Below, one piece after another: positions 27,305 through 41,551 of a stretch of DNA of 64,000 nt. A program made the translations under genes and the position numbers. The stretch is from Octopus vulgaris (lineage: Eukaryota), in NCBI GenBank assembly GCA_951406725.2, contig OX597822.1, forward strand, positions 104,718,001-104,782,000, given 5' to 3'. Under the pieces are notes generated by a model. It made no database searches and was not told the DNA's origin. It saw nothing but the letters and a program-made list of their open reading frames with translations. How positions within the stretch are numbered: position 1 is the stretch's first letter; each line of letters opens with the position of its first letter.

Positions 27305-28538
27305 ATGCCAAGACCGACACGAAATCAGGGGGAGCAATCCCTCAGACATCTCCATAATGGTCAACGTTCATGGGTCATTGCTAGTTAATTTGAACTACAA
27401 TATTCGGACAACTGAGCGGTTGAGGGAACGACACAATGCCACAAACAATACGGAAGATCATTCATGCAGTGGTCGAACGAGGGTCATGTACGTCACCTGC
27501 CCCGACATCAGTTACAGGACTGATTTTGACTACCCACAGACTCATTTCTGCAGAGACAGTTCGTCGCCGGCTGAGATCTTTCAATCTGTTTTGTCGACGT
27601 TCGGCTAGGGGCCCCATCCTTACAGATCGTCATCGACGGGAACTCCTGCAGTGGGCTCAAAAACCCCAGAACTGACGATATCAGCAGTGGAGGACTAGTC
27701 TTTTCTGACATAAATCGATATTGTATTTCTACGGCAGATGGCAGAGCTGGTGTTTGGAGAAAAAGGGATGAACGTCCTGCCGATGGTTGTGTGGTAGAGG
27801 GAAACTCATGGGGCGGACAGAGCATCATGGTACGAGAAGGGATTGCACTCAACCAGAAACTTGAACCGGTGGTATTCCAAAAATAAGGCAGAGAGCTGGC
27901 AGAAACGTTAGCACGCCGGGCGAAATGCTTAACGGTATTTCGCTTGTCGTTACGTTGTGAGTTCAAATTCCGCCGAAGTTGACTTTGCCTTTCATCCTTT
28001 CGGGGTCGATAAATTAAGTACCAGTTACGCACTGGGGTCGATGTAATCGACTTAATACCTATGTCTGTCCTTGTTTATCCCTTCTATGTTTAGCCCCTTG
28101 TGGGTAATAAAGAAATAGGTATTCCAAAACATCGGCCGATTCCGGAGAAAATGGAGTAACGGCTGCTCTGTACATCGACCAAGTGTTGAGGACTTATTTT
28201 ATCATAATTTTCCTATCGTTGGAATCCCGTTTTCCAACACGTCAAGCTCTTGCTCATACTGCCATGTTGACAATAGACTTCCTCCAACAGCATAACATCC
28301 AGACTTTGCCGTGGCCTGCCCTAAGTCTGAACTTGAACCTCATAGATTACCTGTGGAACGAAATTCAAAGAAGGCTAAATGACATCCGTCCAAGTCCGAT
28401 AACTGCGGCACAACTCATGCAAGTTTTAACAGAGTCTGGGCTGCTATCTCCATGATCTTCATCAATCGTTTGGTGCATTCAATGTACAGAAGATGCCTGG
28501 CGGTAATCAACGATAATGGTGGTCACAAAAGATATTGA
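27305..28538 (+). pseudogene. Decayed Tc1-family transposase interrupted by a SINE A
   Basis: ISAETVRRRLR, RGPILTDRHRRELLQWA, VFSD, WGGQSIMV, AHTA...LPWPALSLNLNLIDYLW, ending RCLAVINDNGGHKRY*. Confidence 0.88.
27886..28117 (+). mobile_element. SINE group A nested in Tc1
   Basis: Full length; 12-bp TSD GGTATTCCAAAA (27871-27882, 28118-28129). Confidence 0.95.
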
Positions 28539-29674
28539 GCTCATCTCTTTGAATCCAGGACACCCCGTGGTCACTTGACATCATGTGACGTCAAGCATGT
28601 TTCAGGAAATTACGTTTTATTATTAGGAAATAACGATTTCTTAATTATCACTTTTCAATCAATGATAGGCAGTCTGTTGATAAACCGGTTCTATTTAGTG
28701 TGTGTATGTGCGGGACGTTTCTTTTGTGATTTAGTTGATATACGTAAAATATTTCATGCTTTATATAAATCTTTATAATTCCTACGAATGGTAAAAAATT
28801 TCTCGTATTATGTTCAGCTTTAAAACTCATTGGAACTGATGTGTTATAGAAAGTAAAGCAAGCAGAAGAAGAATGGTAGTAAATTAATTGAAGCGAAAAG
28901 AAAGAAAAAAAATAAACAGACAAGAAAATATAATTAAAGATGACGAAAGCGAAGGGAACAGTAAAAGAAAATATATTTTGAAATTAATTCTCTGTATCGA
29001 TTCTCAGTGTACTTTAAAATATAGAATTAAGCAAGTATTTAATTTTGTAGTTTTGCTTTTTTGACTAATGCTTATTAATTAAATTAATGTGTGTTCTATT
29101 TAAGTATTATATCATACAGAATCGATGCTATGGAATATTTCTTTAGGTTAACAAGGTTACGGACGGGAAAATATTTTAGTACTCATTAACCTCGTATTCA
29201 GATTAAATCTGCTTTAAATTTTATTAAGTGTAATAATTGAAAACATTGTTTACTGATTTCATACGAAACAAAAGAACTTTCTAGGACAAATTCATAGGAA
29301 GAAAAGTGAATTTCGTGTCGGTATTTTACCATATGTATTGTACTTTTTTCTAACTAGAACAGTATGTGTATATATCCTGTTCTCTTTAGTTCCAACTCAG
29401 TCCTGGCTGAAGACATTTATGATGGATGGTATCTATTACAATCACTAATGTGACTGTCATATTCGTTTAGGACAATCTAAAACTGTATTGGTTAATATTT
29501 CCTTTCTTTTCTTTCTAAGATAATGTGCTTTTATTTGATGTAAATTTAGTTTTTATTTCTCGCAGGTCAATCGTCCACCCAAACTTTCCATCAGTAGCAC
29601 GTTATGTGTATTGATTTTTTTTTATATTTAGAATAATTCTTTTTCAGTAATTACTCACTTTCTGAGACCTCCAT

Positions 29675-30430
29675 GAGCGCAGTATGGCCGAATGGTAAAG
29701 TAGTCTGCTTTTCAACCAGGCGATGACGGGTTCAACCAGACGCGGTGTCTTCTTGATCAAATGGGTGCCAGTCATTTATAATGAGTTTGAGTTGACACAA
29801 GCAATACAGAATACAGTTTTGTGGATTGAACCTGGCTGAATAGTTAGCACGGCAATCTGGCAGAATCGTTAGCACGCCCGGCGAAATATTTAGCGGTATT
29901 TGGTCTGCCGTTACGTTCTGAGTTCAAATTCCGCCGAGTTCGACTTTACCTTTCATCCTTTCGGGGTCGATTAAATAAGTACCAGTTATGCACTGGGGTC
30001 GATATAATCCACTTAATCCGTTTGTTGTCCTTGTTTGTCTTCTCTGTGTTTAGCCCCTTGTGGGTAGTAAAGAGATAGGTATTTCGTCTGCCGTTACGTT
30101 CTGAGTTCAAATTCCGCCGAGTTCGACATTGCCTTTCATCCCTTCTGGATCGATTAAATAAGTACCAGTTACGCACTGGGGTCGATATAATCCACTTAAT
30201 CCGTTTGTCTGTCCTTGTTTGTCCTCTCTGTGTTTAGCCCCTTGTGGGTAGTAAAGAAATAGGATTGTACCTGTAATTCAAACAGCACAGTCTTGTCAGG
30301 TGATTCTGTCTGGAAATTATATTGAGGGTGCTCCTGTTTATGGAATACTCAGCCATTTACATGTTAATTCAGAAGCAAGGGATCCAGCTGATCGAAAGTC
30401 TGTATCTTTGTCGTTGAACAACAGGAATCC
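29675..30430 (+). mobile_element. Old SINE (C-like head, B-variant-1-like tail) interrupted by a SINE A dimer at ~29835-30261
   Basis: Head GCGCAGTATGGCCGAATGGT...GGGTTCAAC; tail TTGTACCTGTAATTCAA...CTCAGCCATTTACATGTTAATT; second A unit starts at 30078. Confidence 0.8.
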
Positions 30431-30561
30431 ATGTCTATTGTACTAACTACGTAATTGCTTATATGAACACTAAAAGAATTAAATATGTGGGAATGAAATA
30501 CTAAGATATAAGATTTTGCTGATCATTGAACGGACATTGTCTTGGGAGCGATCGAGAACCA

Positions 30562-30785
30562 ACCTATTTCTTTACTACCCACAAAGGGCTAAACACAGAG
30601 AGGACAAACAAGGACAGACAAACGGATTAAGTGGATTATATCGACCCCAGTGCGCAACTGGTACTTATTTAATCGACCCCGAAAGTATGAAAGGCAAAGT
30701 CGACCTCGGCGGAATTTGAACTCGGAACGTAACGGCAGACGAAAAACCGCAAAGCATTTCGCCCGGCGTGCTAACGTTTCAGCCA
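30562..30785 (-). mobile_element. SINE group A
   Basis: Reverse complement of the group A consensus. Confidence 0.92.
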
Positions 30786-31021
30786 ACCGGATAACGACAC
30801 TTGTAGATGATGGTTTTGTGGAATGAAAGGATAATTTCGTATCAAATATAAATTTTATAACTATTTTTTAAAAAGCGTGCCAGAGGTATTAACAATTATT
30901 ATTAAACAGCGGGTCACGTCGTTACCTTTAATTATTCCAAATCTTGTCTTAAACGACTTATGGAAGAGCATAATAAATTAGTTGCATATATTGAAGCAAA
31001 TAACGTTTTCGGAAAATGGAT

Positions 31022-31407
31022 TGAAGCACTCCGTCGGTTACGACGACGAGGGTTCCGGTTGATCCGAATCAACGGAACAGCCTGCTCGTGAAATTAACGT
31101 GTAAGTGGCTGAGCACTCCACAGACACGTGTACCCTTAACGTAGTTCTCGGGGAGATTCAGCGTGACACAGAGAGTGACAAGGCCGGCCCCTTGAAATAC
31201 AGGTACAACAGAAACAGGAAGTAAGAGTGAGAGAAAGTTGTGGTGAAAGAGTACAGCAGGGATCACCACCATCCCCTGCCGGAGCCTCGTGGAGCTTTTT
31301 AGGTGTTTTCGCTCAATAAACACTCACAACGCCCGGTCTGGGAATCGAAACCACGATACTATGACCGCGAGTCCGCTGCCCTAACTATTGGGCCATTGCG
31401 CCTCCAC
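31022..31407 (-). mobile_element. SINE group B, tail variant 1
   Basis: Reverse complement of the 23334 copy; TTCGGAAAAT near both flanks. Confidence 0.95.
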
Positions 31408-31974
31408 GGTGCGCCTTCGGAAAATACGCGGTAGCTTAACGTAGTGGATAGATGTTGTTTAACTTTAACATAACCTTTACGAAGTAAATCTATAATCAAA
31501 TAGTCTCTCTCCATGACCATTTCCTCATTCTGTGTATCAATGCTCAATCTATTCCTTGTTTTCCTTAAACGGTAAGTGTGTAATATGAGGCAGATTTGGG
31601 TGGTACTTCTTGTGAAGCCCTGGAAATTATCCGTGGGCTCCATCATTTATTAAAATGCAGTATAGTTTTCAAACTACGCTGGATGCTTTTTCATATCCTT
31701 GACAAACGGATATTTCAGTAACATTAAACCAAACTCATATTCTTTGATATTATCTTATCCTCACCGTAAAGCTTTTTTTCTAATTAATGCACCAAATTCA
31801 TTACATAAATAAAAACCCAACGTGTTTCTGCGTAATGTGTTCTTTCATACATTATTATTTTTCGATTCGACTATTATTACAATATCGTGCATTTACGTCG
31901 GTATTCTCTCATCACTTATTCGCAAATACAGTGAAGTCTATAAGGTCGCTAGAAAGGTATGAAAATACTGAAAT

Positions 31975-32465
31975 ACCTATTTCTTTACTACCCACAAGGG
32001 GCTAAACACAGAGGGGACAAACAAGGACAGGCAAACGGATTAAGTCGATTACATCGACCCCAGTGCGTAACTGGTACTTAATTTATCGACCCCGAAAAGA
32101 TGAAAGGCAAAGTCGACCTCGGCGGAATTTGAACTCAGAACGTAACGGCAGACGAAATAGGGCTACGCATTTCGCCCGGCGTGCTAACGGTTCTGCCAGC
32201 TCGCCGCCTTAAAATACTGAAATATATATTTCTTTATTGACCACAAGGGGCTAAACATAGATGAGACAAACAAGGACAGACAAAGGGATTAAGTCGATTA
32301 CATCGACCCCCCCCCCCGTGTGAAACTGGTACTTTATTTATCGACCCCGAAAGGATGAAAGGCAAAGTCGACCTCGGTGTAATTTGAACTCAGAACGTAA
32401 CGGCAGACGAAATAGGGCTACGCATTTCGCCCGGTGTGCTAACGGTTCTGCCAGCTCGCCGCCTT
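31975..32465 (-). mobile_element. Two tandem full-length SINE A copies (31975-32209, 32228-32465)
   Basis: AAAATACTGAAATA occurs three times, around and between the copies; both share the diagnostic GAAATAGGGCTACGC. Confidence 0.92.
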
Positions 32466-33163
32466 AAAATACTGAAATATATGCGTAGCTATCTAGCCAC
32501 CTTTGACCAAAACTGAAGAAGCAATAATATTCATCGGGAAATATTGTTTTTCCTCCGTCGCATGATTATTTATAATTGTTTTTAATGCTTACTTCATTAA
32601 AGTGTTTATGAATTCACTTAACTACTGTATTTCAATGCGGATTGTGTCGTTGTGTAAAGCGTATAACTAGTTTAGTTAACATCGTAATAACGTTCCAAGA
32701 ACTCTTAAACCTGATATATTACTGTTCTTCTTTAGCTCTTAGTTAACCGGAAGTGAGCAGGCTTATGATCAAAGGTACCCTTTCAATGTAGATACCAGTT
32801 TTCTCCAGATATGCTTAACACTTCATTATCTAACGTGTGCTTTTCTGTAAAAGTGTACGGTATGATTTACAGACACTCCGGCTGCTATATCTAGCAGGTC
32901 GAGAGGCAATGTAAAAGGCCCCCACCCTTGTTAGCACGTTGAAACTGAATTTATTTCAATGGTTTGCTAATTACCTTAATGCATGAAATCTTAATTGAAT
33001 TTAGCCCATCCACCCCCTGACACCAACTCTCCTTCCACAAAACAACCTCTTTTATAATAATAGTATTCAGCATTCTAAAGCGCCCCGTGAAACATCTATG
33101 CACGAGTAGAATAATTCTAGAGAGAAGCAGCCTTTTAAGGAACAAATTGTGGGACTTGGAAAT

Positions 33164-33194
<31 letters not shown>

Positions 33195-35163
33195 GTAATA
33201 ATAATAATAATAATAATAACAACAACAAAGTAATAAAAAATCAATGTGCATAGCGGTAACGCTGGAAGTATTGATTACGAATATTGATTGTGAATATTTT
33301 ATGGCGTTCTCTCTAGTGATTTCTGAAATATTGCGGCCTATTGTTATAATATTGGGATGAAACAAATGAAGTTGGAAGACCAGAGATCATTTTAGTAATA
33401 TGAAAATATTTAAAATGCACATGAATTTTCGAAATGACCGAAAAGCTTGATGTCTCCTCAAGGGAAATTTGGAAATAATTATGAGGAGGAAATAAGGCAA
33501 AGAAAAAATGGACTATTCCATGCAAGGACAATCCCAGCAGGTTTTGAAGTGAAATTTTACAGGGTATGTTTTGGTTCTAATATCGATTACTTACTAATGA
33601 CAAGCGCCAGAGAGCTAAATATTGTGGAAGAATTTATTTTGAAAATCAATCAGAACCACATTAATTGAATTATCATTATAAACATGAGAAAACTTTGAAA
33701 CTTCATTCTAAACAGTATAAAGAGGATGAGAAATATAACTAAAAAAATAAAATAAAATAAAATAAAATAAATGAAGCAATGACTCTTTGTTGTCAGGCTA
33801 GAACAATATGGAAGCTCTGGAACAGCTGAATTCTTTTAAATTATTTCTGCTGTTATGTTAGAATTCAAAACAGCAAACATAATAGTCCCAGCAAACAAAT
33901 AAAGCTGAACTATACATTTTTTTATTTAATTAAACGTAATTAGTTGAATAGGTGCATGCAGTCTGTGCAATCTGTGCAGTATGTGCAGTGTGCATGGCAA
34001 GCATGGCTAGACACTAGTTTACTTATGTTTTTTTTTTTTTGGTTTGTTTTAATAACACCTGCTTGTAAGTTCGAATCTCGCCTGAAAAATCGACTTTAAT
34101 ATCCAACCCTCACCTTGGGATCGAAGACATAACAGATCATGACACATATTGGTGCTATGTCAATTAAAATATGCTCTTCCTTACCAAACCAAACCAAAAA
34201 TAATAATAATAATAATAAATAAGTAAATAAAAATAAAAAAGGCAGAAATTAAATTAATAATAAACAAAAAAAACAAAAAACAAACTAAACAGCAAGTAAA
34301 AACAGGGGAACTCACTCTACTAAGACAGAAATCAATAGAATTGTGGAAAAAAGAAAAAAGAAAGAAAAAAATAAGAAGTAGGAGGTGACAAGCAGTAATT
34401 ACACTAGGTATGAGTGAAGGCAAGCAAGAGCAGGAGCCAACTTACTTAACTGAAAAGCATGACATACTCATATAAAAGAAAAAAAAAAAAACATCAATAA
34501 AATAACTAAAAAAATATCTCGTCTCGTTAAAAGAGAAATGGGTGATGAACCGTAATGGTGAGGAAACAACGTGCTGGGTGCAGCAATGTTATCATAAAGA
34601 CAGCACGACGAACAGAAGCAGATTGATTAAGTGTGTATTCAACTTGAGCGTCAAAACAGTATGAACGTCTTATAGATTTAGAATATGTCTATATAATTTG
34701 AATAAAGACATCTCTCGTTCTCTCTGTTTCTTTCTCTTCTAGAACTGACGTCTAAAAATGAGCAAATGCGTATGTATGTATGTATGTATGTATGTATGTA
34801 TGTATGTAGTGAATATAAAATAAAAAAACGATGTTTTCAGTATGTGTAAATGGGTGTTTCGTGTGTTAGTTTTGTTGTTTTATATTCAAGAGTGGGAAGC
34901 CAAGAATAGCTTCCACCTGCAGTTAGGTGGGTGGATGATTGCGTTCGGGCTTCACACTAAATGTGCCAGTAGTTGATAGGAGATGTAAAGAAGTGAACGT
35001 TATTCCGTTGTCCCGTGCAAGCAAGGCTCTCAGGATAAAACTGCGTTTGATGTAAGTTAGTAATTTTCTCCAGGCAGCTTTTGTCTAATAGATGCATAAA
35101 AGAAAGTCTGTATTATTATAACACACACACACATGTAGATATTTATATCCATATATATATGTA

Positions 35164-35364
<201 letters not shown>

Positions 35365-35606
35365 AAAATATGTATATACATAGAAATATGGAAATATATA
35401 GTTATATCTATATGCATGAATGCATAATTACAAACATAGATACTCATACAATTCTATACATGTATGCACACATATTCTATTCATATGCACAAAAACCTAT
35501 ATACGCATTGTAACCCTTTATTCTTTTCCTAGTTTCGGTCATGCGACTGTGGTCATGCTGGGACATTTCATGTATTGTACATACATTTCATATTTATATA
35601 CATATA

Positions 35607-35674
<68 letters not shown>

Positions 35675-35679
35675 ATATA

Positions 35680-35778
<99 letters not shown>

Positions 35779-36599
35779 TGTGCATACGCATATACACGTA
35801 TACATATATTCTTCAGCTGGCATTGTTTCTCATACTTTGAACTTTGTGAATATATTTTATGTTTATATTATATATTTCTTTTCTTTATCGTTTGTCTATG
35901 TATATATATGAGACGTTTTTGCATTCGGTTTGCAACAATTTTTTGTGAAATCGAGTATCGAAAAGAAATTTTGCTGTGTCTAGGGAGAGTCATTATGCCA
36001 ATATTATTAATACACGCACTGGTTCAATTCCATTCCTTTATTATTACTCAATTGATTAAATATCCAACTAACTAAAAAATCGATTGTGCGTTCAATTTGT
36101 TTAAACAGCAAGTCATTTGTTTTGTGTTTGTATGTCAATGCCCTTTCGTTGCTACTTGAATTGAAAAGGTTGCAAGTAGCAAAGAAAGAGCTTTCACAAA
36201 CAAAAGAAAAACAATTGACTTACTATTTAACTAAAGTAAAGAAACAGACGATTAGTTCATTGGATATTTAACCAATTGGCTCATAATAAAGGACTGGAAC
36301 TGAAACAGGACCAGCGCGTGTGTTAATAATATTGGCATGATGACTCACTGCAGGTGCAACAAAGTATATACGTGCATATACATGTGTGTGTGCCTATGTG
36401 TGTTTGTGTGTGAGTTTTTGAGTAGGTTTGTGCGCGTGCGTATGTGTATGTGTACGAACGTGAATGCGTCTATATTCATATACGTATATATGAAAAAGCA
36501 TAAACATATATATAAATGTAATACTATATATGCAGACATCTATCAAACATACAAATTGATGACTAGAATTATTATAAGTGGTATTAATAACATTATGTA

Positions 36600-36665
<66 letters not shown>

Positions 36666-36790
36666 TAAATAAACGGCACAACGAAGTACCGATATTACTT
36701 TTATGTATAATTTTACCCACACGGGCTATCCTTTACTGGAAAGCAATACTCTCGTATTGCATTACTATTTTCATATATATATATATATAT

Positions 36791-36866
<76 letters not shown>

Positions 36867-37373
36867 TACTAATCGGATGCCAACGAATGTTCAGAAACCA
36901 CTTGAAAGAATGAAACTAGGGATTTTTTCGCTGAACCTTCGAACCTGTTAGCAACTTCACCCTTCACATTTTTCATTCTGTATAAATGAAATTTGACATA
37001 ATTGTCTTGTGGCATAACCTCAACGTTCGATTTATGGAGTACCTCTACAGCCTCAGCGCTAATTTGCCAATAACAAACAATTATACGATGTGTTTTCTAA
37101 CGCTAATTGTCGATGCAACAAGAGATAACATATCTTGATGTTAATTTTTTCTTTTTTTATATTCCCTGAGAATTTACTACTCTCTGTATATGAATACATA
37201 GCAAACATAACACTTACACCTATACCTGTATTCATGCATTTTCTATTGAGAATGCGAAACGAGTGAAAAAAAAAAACACTGTGGAGACTGAGGTCACCAC
37301 CACCATTTGTATAAGGCTAGCGGATATATATACGTGTGTTTATGCGTATGTATGTGTATTATATGTATATATA

Positions 37374-37451
<78 letters not shown>

Positions 37452-37483
37452 AATATATATATATGTATATATACATATATATA

Positions 37484-37514
<31 letters not shown>

Positions 37515-38694
37515 GTTTGTGTATATATATATATGTATATATGTATATATATATATATAGTTTGAATTGAATTCAATTATTGTAATGTTACCTTTTTACC
37601 CCCATTTCTCTTTTACGTATTTTCTTCTCGCCTTTATGACTTCGAATAATACGTATATGCATATATGCCTACATACATGTATGTGATTTTGTTGCAACAC
37701 GTTATCCCACTACATACTTTCGCTTTGTTGCTTACACGAAAACGATAATCTAATTCGACCCCCTTATTATAACATACGGCACTAGACACTTTCCCATATC
37801 TCCAAAGAAGAACTTACTTCATGTTACAGTTTAATTGCCGTTCCGCACATATTTTAGCAATATAAAAAAGTATTAGTCGTTATTGTAAATGTTATCATTT
37901 CAACCACAGCTTGCAATAAATCGATATATCCATTGATAGATATATTGATAATTAGAATCAAACATTGAAGATTTTAGTACTTCAGTTTTGTATGTAAAAC
38001 ATCTATATGCTATACAAAGGTCGGTATGTATACATAATGCATAAAGTAAGAACCGATCACCGTCGCTTTCGATGAGGCAGTCGAAGTATATTGGTGTGAA
38101 TATTCAGTGAAAATTACATGTGACTTGAATTGGCCTTAAATATGCCACAAACAATTTTGAATCTTAATGTGAAAAAATGAGCGTGATATAGTATCACAAA
38201 GTTGTACTTTTAACTTATATGTGTCTTCTGGTCGAAGTGTGATAATAGATATTCTGCCGTCTGGGACTATCTCTCGATGTTTGAAAGTACCTGAATCTAT
38301 AGTAAAAAAAAAATATGACGAAAGATCCATAGAGTATGCATACTTAGGGACCATTTGATTCCAATCAAAACTTTATAAAAATTCAACCGATTAATATACT
38401 TACAGAGTGCAAAATTACAGAATACAAAATACAGAGTACGAAATAAAGAATATAAAATAAACACAATGTGTTTTGTAATCTTGATAGCAATTTCGTGTGA
38501 ATCATGGTATAGGTCCTAATAATGCTCATTAAAGATCCATAATGTTGTAGGTATATGAAATAACACAAATTCCTATAGATCCTGTTGCTGCTTCGGTGGC
38601 CCAGTATGTAAGGGTGTTGAGAAGTAGTAATAAAGCACATAGGTTGTGTTTTCAAATCTCTTCCAGAAATTACAAGAGATCTAGTTAATAACTA

Positions 38695-38905
38695 TTTTGT
38701 TTGTGTGTCTGTGTTTGTCACACCAACATCGCTTGATAGCCCATGCTGGTGTGCTTACGTCCCCGTAACTTAGAGGTTCGGCAAAAGTGACCGATAGAAT
38801 AAGTACTAGGCTCCCAAAGAATATGTCTTGGGTTCGATTTGCTCGACTAAAGGCCGTGCTTCAGCATGGCCGCAGTCATATGATTGAAACAAGTAAAAGA
38901 GAAAG
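38695..38905 (+). mobile_element. SINE group C, 3' half
   Basis: CATCGCTTGA...GGTTCGGCAAAAG...GAAACAAGTAAAAGAG. Confidence 0.88.
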
Positions 38906-38979
38906 AGAAAAATCCCTTAGGCGAGGCCATGTTATTCTCAGCTGAAGAATGTGGATCCCTACATGTATGGATACATACA

Positions 38980-39191
38980 TACTCTTTTACTCTTTTACTT
39001 GTTTCAGTCATTTGACTGCGGCCATGCTGGAGCACCGCCTTTTAGTCGAGCAAATCGACCCCAGGACTTATTCTTTGTAAGCCTAGTACTTATTCTATCG
39101 GTCTCTTTTGCCGAACCGCTAAGTAACGGGGACGTAAACACACCAGCATCGGTTGTCAAGCGATGTTGGGGGGACAAACACAGACACACAA

Positions 39192-39224
<33 letters not shown>

Positions 39225-39387
39225 CGACGGGCTTCTTTCAGTTTCCGTCTACCAATTCCACTCACAAGGCTTTGGTCGGCCCAAGGCTATAGTAGAAGAC
39301 ACTTGCCCAAGGTGCCACGCAGTGGGACTGAACCCGAAACCGTGTGGCTGGTAAGCAAGCTACTTACCACACAGCCACTCCTGCGCC
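38980..39387 (-). mobile_element. SINE group C, full length (CORE-like, internal microsatellite)
   Basis: tRNA-like head, CORE-like CCTTGGGCAAGTGTCTT, (AAAAGAGT)n tail. Confidence 0.93.
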
Positions 39388-39394
39388 TATACAT

Positions 39395-40000
39395 GCATGA
39401 TATGAGAATGTACTGGTGGAATGTCCCAGCGAAAGCCTCAATAAAATACAAAGATAATAGATCAACATAGTGGTTTGAGACAGAGAAAATATGTACAGTG
39501 GTAGAAATCCATCGCCAGTTGGATGCCACTATAAAACTAATGAAGGCGGCGAGCTGGCAGAAACGTTAGAGAGCCGGGCGAAATGCGTAGCCGTATTTCG
39601 TCGGCGTTACGTTGTGAGTTCAAATTCCGCCGTGGTCGACTTTGCCTTTCATCCTTTCGGGGTCGATAAATTAAGTACCAGTTACGCACTGGGGTCGATG
39701 AAATCGACTTAATCCCTTTGTCTGTCCTTGTTTGTCCCCTCTGTGTTTAGCCCCTTGTGGGTAATAAAGAAATAAGTATAAAACTAATGATCAGTAAGAA
39801 AGAAAACAGATATGCTGGAATATTGAAAAATCTACAGTTACTCTATCCGGAATATAGGTTCAGGTTTGTACCCGTAATTATTGGAGTACTAAGATTTATG
39901 GAAAACTGCATCGGTACCAATCTCGAGAAATTGTGCTAATTAGAAGATTACAGTTGCAAGTCATCAATGGAACTGTCACTATAGGAAACAATCTTACAAA
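39395..40000 (+). pseudogene. Restriction-like endonuclease (RLE) C-terminal fragment of a non-LTR retrotransposon, split by a SINE A
   Basis: YWWNVPAKASIKYKDNRS..CTVVEI..[SINE]..KKENRYAGILKNLQLLYPEYRFRFVPVIIGVL. Confidence 0.65.
39544..39776 (+). mobile_element. SINE group A
   Basis: 14-bp TSD TATAAAACTAATGA. Confidence 0.95.
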
Positions 40001-40106
40001 CAATTAAACTTTTAAGAACACATGCACATGTTTAGACACGCGAATGCAATTATGCACTTGCGATGACCCAAAATATTGTACATACACACAGAAATATGCA
40101 CAAATA

Positions 40107-40527
40107 GGCGCAGGAGTGGCTGTGTGGTATGTGGCTTGCCTACCAACCACATGGTTCCGGGTTCAGTCCCACTGCGTGGCACCTTGGGCAAGTGTATTCT
40201 ACTATAGCCTCGGGACGACCAAAGCCTTGTGAGTGGATTTGGTAGACGGAAACTGAAAGAAGCCTGTCGTATATATGTATATATGTATATATATGTGTGC
40301 GTGTATGTTTGTGTGTCTGTGTCTGTCCCCCTAGCATTGCTTGACAACCGATGCTGGTGTGTTTATATCCCCGTCACTTAGCGGTTCGGCAAAAAGAGAC
40401 CGATAGAATAAGTAATGGGCTTACAAAGAATAAGTCCCGGGGTCGAGTTGCTCGATAAAGGCGGTGCTCCAGCATGCCCGCAGTCAAATGACTGAAACAA
40501 GTAAAAGAGTAAAAGAGTAAAAGAGTA
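40107..40527 (+). mobile_element. SINE group C, full length
   Basis: GGCGCAGGAGTGGCTGTGTGG head, CORE-like box, (AAAAGAGT)3 tail. Confidence 0.93.
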
Positions 40528-41076
40528 AATACCGTTTTTAAAATTCCAATGAAGAAGTCCTGGATCGAGATTAGAAATCAACTCTTTCTCCAGTGACAAG
40601 AAATCTAGAAATTACCGAATTGCCAGCACACAGTAGAGTAAGATTTTTTTGTGTATTTTATCGAATTGAATTTAAAAGAAATAATTGCAATTATTTTCGA
40701 AAAAAAAAATTTGTTTTATTATGTGGGTCAACTCCACTGAGGATACGAACGTTTCTATAAAAAAATTAGCGAGGAAGATTATATATATATGATCAGCTGG
40801 TGTGACCTGCGTAACCTGTCTGGATGAAGTGGGTTTCGATCAAAACACAGACATGCATTGATTCACAATCATACAATCGAGACGGCAAACAAAGTCAAGC
40901 GAAATTTCCCGAAGTTTCTACAGTTCATCATTTAGCTGTAAAGTTGTTAATCAAATTTCACAAATTCAGCTTTGCTTAACCGTAATAAATAAATTACAAC
41001 TACAAGTCATTAATTAAATTGTTAACATCTGTAAAACAAACATACCGAAAACTTAAATCTTCAACATAGATACGTA

Positions 41077-41125
<49 letters not shown>

Positions 41126-41187
41126 GTATGTATCAAATTTTTACTACATGTTTCAAAATCCACTGTTAAGTTAACAAGGTAACACTA

Positions 41188-41246
<59 letters not shown>

Positions 41247-41275
41247 TATGTATGTATGAATATATATACATATAC

Positions 41276-41318
<43 letters not shown>

Positions 41319-41419
41319 TAAAAAATGGAGTTAACACAGGTGTAATCAAATATTTTTTACTTTCGACACATGTTTCGAAAATTCCACTGTTAATTGTTAA
41401 CAAGGTAAAAATACACTCA

Positions 41420-41481
<62 letters not shown>

Positions 41482-41551
41482 GAGAGAGAGAGTGAGAGTG
41501 AGAGGAAGACATACATAAACACAGACATATAAGTATATATATATATATATA

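Noticed and set aside
34978-35000. miR-1-like ATGTAAAGAAGT
   Set aside because: Seed region differs and no precursor hairpin is evident
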